DNA of 10,743 bases from Verrucomicrobiota bacterium (lineage in GTDB: Bacteria; Verrucomicrobiota; Verrucomicrobiia; Verrucomicrobiales; DEV007). Location of the stretch: the NCBI GenBank assembly GCA_045046875.1, contig JASFYY010000064.1, forward strand, positions 1-10,743, given 5' to 3'. Under the pieces are notes generated by a model. That model searched no databases, had not been told where the DNA came from, and saw only the letters and a program-made list of their open reading frames with translations. Below are positions 1-6,270 of this stretch, in pieces. The position numbers and the translations under genes are program-made. How positions within the stretch are numbered: the first letter of the stretch is position 1; every line of letters begins with the position of its first letter.

Positions 1-627
1 TGGAAAACCGTGGAGCGTGTATACAGAGAGGCCCCGATAGGCCTGTGCTGTTTCGATCTAGATCTGAGATACGTCCAAATTAATGAATGGCTCGCCGAAG
101 TCAATGGTCTCCCGGTAGAAGAGCACATGGGAAAGGTAATCACCGAGGTGCTACCGCAGGTGCCAACAGGTGTCATATGGCAAATTCTCCAAGTGATTGA
201 TACCGGAGAACCGGTCCTGTATGGGATAGCCGAGGCTGAAACACTAGCAGAGCCAGGGAGAAAAAAACTGTTTGAACATTGTTACTATCCGGTCAAGTCC
301 GATGATGGCACCACCATTGGAGTGAGCTGTGTTGTTCAATATGCTGTTAACCGCGATTACTTTCGAAAGGTGGTGACGAAAGAGGAGGTGAAAAAAGAGG
401 AGGATAAAATGTTGAACCTCGATCATCTGACCAACCGTGAAATGGATGTCCTGGGACTGACTGTAAAACGCCTTAAAGGCAGGCAGATTGCTGATCAACT
501 GTCCATTTCTCCTCAGACTGTGAAAACTCACTTAAGGAATATTTATCGGAAACTCGGGGTGAATAATAGCAGGAGTGCCGCAGCCAAGTTGAGATCCCTT
601 GGAATCCTGGATGACGACCTCTCTTGA
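1..627 (+). CDS. PAS domain + LuxR/GerE-type HTH one-component regulator, copy 1 (probably 5'-truncated by the window edge)
   Basis: PAS-like N-part (YREAPIGLCCFDLDLRYVQINEWLAEVNGLPVEEHMGK...YYPVKSDDGTTIGVSCVVQ) and C-terminal LuxR HTH (LTNREMDVL...IADQLSISPQTVKTHLRNIYRKLGV). The frame is open from base 1 (WKTVERVYREAP) and aligns with WETLASVYRDAP of copy 3, so the GTG at 10 is probably internal. Confidence 0.9.
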   Translation, partial: WKTVERVYREAPIGLCCFDLDLRYVQINEWLAEVNGLPVEEHMGKVITEVLPQVPTGVIWQILQVIDTGEPVLYGIAEAETLAEPGRKKLFEHCYYPVKSDDGTTIGVSCVVQYAVNRDYFRKVVTKEEVKKEEDKMLNLDHLTNREMDVLGLTVKRLKGRQIADQLSISPQTVKTHLRNIYRKLGVNNSRSAAAKLRSLGILDDDLS

Positions 628-647
628 GCATTTTTTCAGGTCATCAC

Positions 648-1125
648 TGAGCTGAACACCCTTTCTGGGCCACTTTAAGTGCTAGGTTACCAGAGCCGGC
701 TTTTGTTCTGGTTAAGTCGGGATTGATCGGAGCGTAGGCGTAGCCGAAGCGGAGATCAGTCCCAGTTCGATTTGTGTTGTAGCAAATTCATCCGGGCTTT
801 GAAAGCTCAATTTACTATGCGGATGGACGCGGCTGTATAAGTGCCTCCATTCCTCAATAACAACCCGAGCTTCGGTCACGCTCGGGAACAGTTCCTGGTT
901 CAGGCATTCGTCACGCAAGCGATTATGGAAGCTCTCCACGTGTCCATTTTGCCATGGGCTACCAGGATCGATGTATATGGTCTTGATACCCATCTCTCTG
1001 AGCCAATGCTGCACTTCCTTCGCAATGAACTCCGACCCGTTGTCACTGCGGATGTATTGAGGCATACCTCGTTGCGCCATCACTTCAGACAATGCGTCCA
1101 GCACGTTGTGACCCTTAGATGCGCT
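648..1125 (-). mobile_element. IS3-family insertion sequence remnant (3' part of OrfB transposase plus putative right terminal inverted repeat)
   Basis: ORF 712..1143(-) has integrase-core motifs RGMPQYIRSDNGSEF and IDPGSPWQNGHVESFHNRLRDECLN, but the first catalytic Asp region and OrfA are missing. 648-673 TGAGCTGAACACCCTTTCTGGGCCAC starts with TG and resembles IS3/IS911-type ends. The truncation point near 1125 is approximate. Confidence 0.85.
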
Positions 1126-1168
1126 GGCAAAGCTAGACTCCACAGGCTAATCTGCATAAGCTGTTGTT

Positions 1169-1210
1169 ACCCATGCAGGGTCACTTGATCCCAAGTGACC
1201 CTGCATGGGT
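1169..1210. repeat. Perfect 19-bp inverted repeat with 4-nt loop
   Basis: ACCCATGCAGGGTCACTTG (1169-1187) + ATCC + CAAGTGACCCTGCATGGGT (1192-1210); the arms are exact reverse complements. Confidence 0.95.
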
Positions 1211-1225
1211 TATTGTGCCCGCAAA

Positions 1226-1900
1226 ATGAAATCATCAAGGCAAAAACAAAAATCCGAACACTCTTTACGGAAAAAAACAAGTAACCTTGAGCTATCAACC
1301 TTGATGAGTGCTTATGCAGAAGCACCGATAGGTTTGGCTTGCTTTGATACAGAACTGCGCTTCACACACTGCAACGAGTGGCTAGTCAGGCTCCATGACC
1401 TCCCACTGGAAAGAACGCTAGGACAAAAAATAGACCAAATACTTCCAGAGCTTGCTAACATAATCAAAAAGGATCTTCTCAAAGTGCTTGAAACCGGGGA
1501 ATCTCTTTTGGGGGATGTGATCGAGGTGGAGACCCCTTCACATATAGGCGAGAAAAGACATTACAAGCGTAGTTACTACCCGATCAAATCCTCTAAAGAC
1601 ACCATAATCGGAGTGGGGGTTGTTGTGCAGGACGTCACCGAGCGCGAGATACTTCGGGAAAAGGTGAAAAAAGCGGCGCTCAACGTTCTACTCATTGATC
1701 AGTTGACCCACCGCGAACAGGACGTGCTGGATCTTGTCGCAAAGCGTCTTTACGACAAGGAAATCGCCAGCCAGCTGTCTATTTCAATCGAGACAGTAAA
1801 ATCGCATCTAAAGCACATTTACAAAAAGCTTTATGTGAAAAATCGCAGACAGGCCGTCGCTAAAATAAAATCCCTGAAAATTCTGGATAACCTCACTTGA
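1226..1900 (+). CDS. PAS domain + LuxR/GerE-type HTH one-component regulator, copy 2
   Basis: [24 protein letters not shown]...[25 protein letters not shown] (PAS with terminal DVTER) followed by LTHREQDVL...[26 protein letters not shown] 1226 is preferred to 1205 because 1205 lies inside the hairpin arm. Confidence 0.9.
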   Translation: MKSSRQKQKSEHSLRKKTSNLELSTLMSAYAEAPIGLACFDTELRFTHCNEWLVRLHDLPLERTLGQKIDQILPELANIIKKDLLKVLETGESLLGDVIEVETPSHIGEKRHYKRSYYPIKSSKDTIIGVGVVVQDVTEREILREKVKKAALNVLLIDQLTHREQDVLDLVAKRLYDKEIASQLSISIETVKSHLKHIYKKLYVKNRRQAVAKIKSLKILDNLT

Positions 1901-2029
1901 GGTTTAGTTTCGAACCACCCTATTTCCTCCCTTTTTTAGATTTGATAGTTATTCGGCTATATGCTTATCTATACATAATTACTAAAATAAACTCTAAGTA
2001 TCAATAGAGCCGGACAGTCTTAGAATTAA

Positions 2030-2446
2030 ATGTATTTAGACAGACAAGCTCTAAAATCCGATCACTCGCCAAAGATCAAAAGGCGTAAAAAAGCGAATCA
2101 GGAGTGGGAAACCTTGGCGAGTGTTTACCGGGACGCCCCGGTAAGCTCGGCCTATTCCGACACAGATCTGCGATACATCAGCGGCAACAAGTGGCTGTCC
2201 ACAATCTACAGCATCTCGGTGGAAGATCATCTCGGACAGACAATCGGTGAGCTGCTTCCGACAGTGGCAGAAAACGTCGAAAAGAACCTTGCCACATGAT
2301 TGAAACCGGGAAATCAATCCTGTATAATGTAATTGAGTTGGAGACCCCTTCACATCCAGGAAAAAAAGTTTTACGAGCGCTGTTACTACCCGCTTAAGTC
2401 CTCTAAGGACATCGCCAAAGCGGAATCTCTCGACATTCTGGACACC
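2030..2446 (+). pseudogene. PAS-LuxR copy 3, frameshifted and internally deleted
   Basis: 2030-2296 encodes the PAS start (VYRDAPVSSAYSDTDLRYISGNKWL). After a shift near 2291 the frame reads MIETGKSILYNVIELETPSHPGKK. After a second shift in the A7 run 2361-2367 it reads FYERCYYPLKSSKDI, then jumps directly to AKAESLDILD, which matches the extreme C-termini of copies 1 and 2 ([20 protein letters not shown]). Confidence 0.88.
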
Positions 2447-2493
2447 CCTCCCTTAAGGGGGGGGTGCCCCCCCTTTATCCCCTATTAAAAAAT

Positions 2494-2522
2494 TTGCGCA
2501 ACAAACAATCACATCGTATAAA
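2494..2522 (+). promoter_or_regulatory. Putative sigma70-type promoter of the 131-aa ORF
   Basis: TTGCGC (2494-2499), 17-nt spacer, TATAAA (2517-2522), 11 nt before ATG 2534. Confidence 0.45.
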
Positions 2523-2533
2523 ATGCCAAATCC

Positions 2534-2929
2534 ATGAATTCCCCTTCGAAACACCCTGAAGAAACCGGTTCCCAAAAAATATTACGATTCCAAAGTGAGA
2601 ATCTCAAGGAGATCAACAGTTCAGAAATATTAGGTGGCCTGACCATCTCCTCCAATGAAAAAGATGACCAGATCAAACCAGAGACGGTTCTGAAAAACGA
2701 AGTGCGTAATCAGGGAGCGCTGCTTGGTATTCTTACTGCCCTTCAAGAACAGCAATTAGTTCTGGCCGGCATGGCCTCCACTTCCACTGGGAAACCTGAC
2801 CAGATATCGCAGACGGAGGAGCTTATGAAAAACAAACTGCACGACCAGATCGCGCTGCTGGAAAATCTCAGCACCCTTCATAGGCGACTACTAGTGCTTG
2901 CGCCTGGCAAACTCCTCGAAAGCGAGTAA
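2534..2929 (+). CDS. Hypothetical protein, 131 aa, helical/coiled-coil-like C-terminal half
   Basis: ATG start, plausible promoter just upstream, protein-like composition (Leu/Gln/Glu-rich); no family recognised. Confidence 0.6.
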   Translation: MNSPSKHPEETGSQKILRFQSENLKEINSSEILGGLTISSNEKDDQIKPETVLKNEVRNQGALLGILTALQEQQLVLAGMASTSTGKPDQISQTEELMKNKLHDQIALLENLSTLHRRLLVLAPGKLLESE

Positions 2930-2958
2930 GACTGAACCTGTTTAGAGCTTTATCTGAT

Positions 2959-2976
2959 TGGTGAGAATTCTCGCCA
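2959..2976. terminator. Weak hairpin between convergent genes
   Basis: TGGTGAGAATTCTCGCCA is an imperfect palindrome (one T-G pair) between the convergent gene ends at 2929 and 2989; no clear U-tract. Confidence 0.25.
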
Positions 2977-2988
2977 TGAAAGTGGCCT

Positions 2989-3291
2989 TTACTCATCATA
3001 AGCCTTGGGTATGAGGGCAAGCTGAAACCAGAAATCCGTGAGCCGTTGTACCGCGTCCATAAAGCCGTCGCGGTTGACCGGCTTCTGAACGTAGCTATTG
3101 GCTCCAGCTTCGTAGCATTTCCTGATATCGCGCTCATCGGTCGAGGTGATCAGCACAAGAACAGGAATTTTCTTCATCACCTCATCTTGCTTAAGTATAG
3201 CCAACACCTCCCGCCCGTCCGTTCCCGGCATATTCAGGTCAAGCAGGATAAGGGCCGGTCTAGGCGAATTTTCAGGATTCTCAAACTCACC
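2989..3291 (-). pseudogene. Single-domain response regulator receiver (Rcp1/CheY-like), N-terminally truncated
   Basis: PALILLDLNMPGTDGREVL (phospho-Asp), IPVLVLITS, AGANSYVQKP (conserved Lys-Pro) and the DFWF C-terminal motif typical of Rcp1-type regulators. The beta1 acidic pocket and alpha1-beta2 are absent. Confidence 0.85.
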
Positions 3292-3410
3292 GAGCACCTC
3301 CATTTCCTCCCGACTTTGCTGTACGTAACCAATGTCGTCGAGGATCACCACCTGGTGTCGGTCGAGTTTTTTGAGCTCGGGTTCCAGGCGCAGATCACGT
3401 TTGGCGGCCA
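3292..3410 (-). mobile_element. istB: IS21-family istB helper ATPase internal fragment (about 120 bp)
   Basis: AAKRDLRLEPELKKLDRHQVVILDDIGYVQQSREEMEVL matches the IstB Walker B region (hhhhDDhGY..QSREEMEVL). No Walker A, istA or IS ends are nearby. Confidence 0.85.
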
Positions 3411-3756
3411 TTGCTTAGAAATTGATCTCTGGCAAAAAAACGTTTGCTTACACGTGGTGTAGGTGGCGAGCAAAGCATCGTTGAAATTGTTCACGATGAA
3501 AAACATCCATGACTTGACTGAAAATGAGACGACCTTGTTGCATGGCTTCAGTCTCAATAAGAAAATGAGAAATCCCACTATTTGTCAAATACGTCACACC
3601 CTAAAAACTCTCGAAACCTATATGTTAACTGGCCTCAAGCCGGGCTCGTCCACGCTTAACTGGACAGTAGTGAGTTTGAACTTACTCGATTTCCATGCTT
3701 ATTCAAAGCCCGACAGGCTCCTAGGAATCTGCTTCCCCCCCCCCCTTGCCCTTTCA

Positions 3757-4092
3757 TTACTCCCGGAGAGGAGGAGTCAGGGCGTGTTCTTTTAAATCAC
3801 AAACTAGAAACTGCTGTGAGTAGTCGGGGAAAACTCCCAGAGTCCTGTAAGATCCGCCACCTGGACAGTCCGGATCCTTCAAAACAAAACCCCTTATACC
3901 AATGAGTTGCTTCAAGGTAACGGGTATGGGTTCGCCAGGTTCGTGTTGGTTCGAGAGGGCATACATGCGCACTACTTTCTGCATGATCTTCACCTTGGTT
4001 ATACACACCGTATGAGATGTGCTTTTTTTATATGCTAAAACGCCAGGAGTTCCTATTCCAACGGCTGCGCATAAGGTTATTACTATTTTCAT
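3757..4092 (-). CDS. Type IV pilin/pseudopilin-like protein of PVC type, lacking the prepilin leader
   Basis: Hydrophobic N-terminus, then AYKKSTSHTVCITKVKIMQKVVRMY...LIG..GF...PDCPGGGSY...P....LVC...EH, a pattern recalled from verrucomicrobial pilin-like proteins. An in-frame TAA lies just upstream of TTG 4101; ATG 4092 is preferred. Confidence 0.65.
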   Translation of the reverse strand: MKIVITLCAAVGIGTPGVLAYKKSTSHTVCITKVKIMQKVVRMYALSNQHEPGEPIPVTLKQLIGIRGFVLKDPDCPGGGSYRTLGVFPDYSQQFLVCDLKEHALTPPLRE

Positions 4093-4310
4093 ATATCTCA
4101 ATTTGGGGGGTTATGATTATGTGAGGGCTATTGATTCAATTCCATGTATCCATCTTTATGTAATAATATTTTTTAATTAAAACTGCGGTCGTTGGACACC
4201 TGGAAAATTACAGCTCACTTATTAGTTGTGGACTTACAATTAATCACCCTTTTATAATACTTTTTTCACTCTCATGCAGATAATATTGTTTTTAAAAAAT
4301 AATTGCAAGA

Positions 4311-4365
4311 TATTTTTCACCTTATTTTCACCTTATTTTCACCTTATTTTCACCTTATTTTCACC
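4311..4365. repeat. 11-bp tandem repeat, 5 units
   Basis: TATTTTTCACC followed by 4 x TTATTTTCACC (starting 4322, 4333, 4344, 4355). Confidence 0.95.
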
Positions 4366-4521
4366 CTTTATAGCCTGTTTGGCTTGGTTCATCGTGTAAG
4401 TGGCAGCAAATAACAGCGGCGGTAATTCCTCCCAATTTAGGACTTCCTGAAAAAGTCGGTCGGGCCGCCATTTTAATTTGAGGAGATCCGTTTTCAAGTT
4501 CGGAGGTTTGATTTTGCGCAT
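4339..4521 (-). other. Short ORF or 3' gene fragment of unknown family ending inside the 11-bp repeat
   Basis: 60-aa ORF; its upstream region runs straight into the 4530 paralog fragment; no motif recognised. Confidence 0.3.
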
Positions 4522-4529
4522 CTCTTCGT

Positions 4530-4595
4530 AAACCGGGGAATCTCTTTTGGGGGATGTGGTCGAGGTGGATACCCGTCACATATAGCTGAGAAAAG
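4530..4595 (+). repeat. 66-bp orphan copy of the PAS-LuxR copy-2 coding sequence (1491-1557)
   Basis: The first 29 nt are identical (AAACCGGGGAATCTCTTTTGGGGGATGTG). By manual alignment there are 5 mismatches and 1 gap over 67 columns. Confidence 0.92.
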
Positions 4596-4750
4596 TGTCT
4601 GCCCCCGAAGCCGGAGAAACCCGCTGGAAAGTCATGCAACGCTCCGATAGCGACAAAAACGGCCTGATTTCATCTCAAGAGTGGTTTACCGCCAACCTCA
4701 AACGACAGAAATCCCAAACGAACAGGCCCGCTTCCCAAGCTGGAAAATAG
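4595..4750 (+). pseudogene. EF-hand-containing gene tail (not in the supplied ORF track)
   Basis: Frame reads (V)SAPEAGETRWKVMQRS-DSDKNGLISSQE-WFTANLKRQKSQTNRPASQAGK*. 4646-4681 is a canonical 12-residue EF-hand loop (DxDxNGxISxxE). There is an in-frame TAG at 4583. Confidence 0.7.
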
Positions 4751-4767
4751 CACCTCTTCTAATCCGT

Positions 4768-5799
4768 TCACTCCCTCACCACCAACTGAGGCTCAACCGT
4801 CAACTGCACCGGACGTTGTTCCTCTGGAAAGCGGGACTGCACCAGCAACTCGTAAACGGCACGCCTGCCGCGTTCTTCCCCTGCGATATCGATCGTAGCC
4901 GGACGCGGAGACAAACCGGTCAAATAAGCCTCTTCGTTATCACAGGAAATAATATCGATATCCTTTCCAGGTTTCACCCCGCAGCGGTTCAGCTCACGAT
5001 AGACCAAAGCGGTCATCAAATCGGAAGGCACAAACAAACCCGTCGCCCGTGGTTTGGCTGCTAAAAGTTTTTCAACCGCTTCTTTCACCCGCTCATCCAG
5101 CTGGGGCAGGCTTTGCTCTTCATCAACAGAACAATCTCCAGTGAAGGTCACTTGATGAATTTTACAGGCTCCCGCTTTAGCGCTCCTTACAAAAGCCTCG
5201 CCCCTCGCCTGATAGGAAGGATTAAGGTCATCCACATTTAGAAAAGCCAGGGTCTGGTGATCCCTACCCAGTAAATAATCAGCCGCCATTTTTCCCGCCG
5301 CTTCATTGCCTGGCAAAATCGCGTCCGCTCCGGCGTCGGCATGCGAAGTCAACCACACCACCGGCCTGCCGATCGATTGACGGGAAATACCCGGCAAGGA
5401 CTCCACCCCTGCCAATAAAACCCCATCGGCATCGACCGCCTTGACCATCGCCGTCACATCTTTCTCATCACGGATGTTACCCAACCACACCGAAATCCCC
5501 TCACGCTCAGCGGCCTCCCTGGCTCCGCGAAACATCTTTAATACAAAACCCGGGTGACGCTCCAGTGAATGCTCGGTCACCAAAACCGCAATCAACTTCA
5601 CCTTTGATCCACTCAAACCGTCTTGTTTGCGACTGCGTCTTCTACGTCGACGAGGTGGCGATGGCACGTAGCCAATTTCTTTCATCGCGCGCTCGACTTT
5701 TAGGCGAGTCGCCTCGGATACCTTGGGCGAGCCCTCCACTACCCGTGATACGGTCGCCTGGGAAACCCCGGCCAATTCTGCAACTTGTGTCATCGACAT
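4768..5799 (-). CDS. LacI-family transcriptional regulator
   Basis: HTH MTQVAELAGVSQATVSRVV...VSEATRLKVERAMKEIGY and sugar-binding domain motifs (GKMAADYLLGRDH, TGLFVPSDLMT, PGKDIDIISCDN, PATID). Confidence 0.95.
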   Translation of the reverse strand: MSMTQVAELAGVSQATVSRVVEGSPKVSEATRLKVERAMKEIGYVPSPPRRRRRRSRKQDGLSGSKVKLIAVLVTEHSLERHPGFVLKMFRGAREAAEREGISVWLGNIRDEKDVTAMVKAVDADGVLLAGVESLPGISRQSIGRPVVWLTSHADAGADAILPGNEAAGKMAADYLLGRDHQTLAFLNVDDLNPSYQARGEAFVRSAKAGACKIHQVTFTGDCSVDEEQSLPQLDERVKEAVEKLLAAKPRATGLFVPSDLMTALVYRELNRCGVKPGKDIDIISCDNEEAYLTGLSPRPATIDIAGEERGRRAVYELLVQSRFPEEQRPVQLTVEPQLVVRE

Positions 5800-5826
5800 G
5801 ATTATTGATCAATTATTTGTCACCAC

Positions 5827-5841
5827 TATACATTATGTATA
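5827..5841. promoter_or_regulatory. Candidate operator upstream of the LacI gene
   Basis: Palindrome TATACAT-T-ATGTATA; the same half-site recurs at 6213-6226 and 6232-6250. Confidence 0.55.
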
Positions 5842-5902
5842 AGGAAATGATCAAGGATTATTAATCTGTCGATGGAAGAAGGCTATCATTCAAAAACACA
5901 AC

Positions 5903-6144
5903 GTAACTATTCAGGTATGCCTCTGACTGCTCCAAATTCTTTTTTAGAATAGACCGCGGATAACGCGGATGGCATACTTTGTTGTATAGCTGGTTTGTTT
6001 TAAATCGTAATAATCAATGGGATGTGAGGAGTTGTTTCTAAATCTGCATTAATTTTTATTTTTTATTTTCTTATCTTATCCGCGTCCATCCGCGCTATCC
6101 GCGGTTAGTTTCTTTTAATTGACCTGTATAGACCTGAACAGTTC
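5903..6144. mobile_element. MITE-like non-autonomous element (242 bp) with terminal IRs, target-site duplication and nested internal IR
   Basis: Left end GTAACTATTCAGGT (5903-5916); right end ACCTGAACAGTTC (6132-6144); flanked by direct repeat AACACAAC (5895-5902 and 6145-6152). Internal IR 5953-5972 / 6086-6105 (19 of 20 match). Confidence 0.75.
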
Positions 6145-6201
6145 AACACAACAATGGCCGACTTTTAAGCTACCCAACTCAAAATCCTGTATAAATGGTG
6201 T

Positions 6202-6250
6202 TTGACATGAATTATACATGTGTATATTACCTTATTCATTGGATGTATAA
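6202..6250 (+). promoter_or_regulatory. Sigma70-type promoter with overlapping candidate operators for the catabolic operon
   Basis: TTGACA at 6202-6207; -10 candidates TATATT (6223-6228) or TATTAC (6225-6230). Palindrome TATACA-TG-TGTATA at 6213-6226 spans the spacer and -10; TTATTCAT-TGG-ATGTATAA at 6232-6250. Confidence 0.65.
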
Positions 6251-6270
6251 ACCTCAACTCCTTCTTAACC

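Noticed and set aside
1205..1225. ATG 1205 as start of regulator copy 2
   Set aside because: It lies within the hairpin arm; ATG 1226 gives an N-terminus comparable in length and basic character to copy 3.
1..1900. LOV photoreceptor (EL222-like) or AHL quorum-sensing LuxR
   Set aside because: No GxNCRFLQ motif; the N-terminal domain looks like a generic PAS domain; no luxI in the window.
648..3410. Intact composite transposon bounded by the IS3 and IS21 pieces
   Set aside because: Different IS families, both fragmentary, with no paired ends or shared target duplication.
3735..3745. C11 homopolymer as a phase-variation switch
   Set aside because: It lies downstream of the pilin-like gene's stop, not in a supported CDS or promoter.
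3463..3795. 110-aa plus-strand ORF (and 3345..3578 minus)
   Set aside because: No recognisable motif, crosses a C11 run and overlaps the pilin-like gene end; likely spurious in degraded DNA.
1491..4595. DGR template/variable repeat pair (1491-1557 vs 4530-4595)
   Set aside because: Differences are not confined to adenines, include an indel, lie mid-gene, and no reverse transcriptase is present.
6220..6270. GTG 6220 as start of the oxidoreductase
   Set aside because: It overlaps the promoter and operator; ATG 6271 places the Tat motif at the expected distance from the N-terminus.
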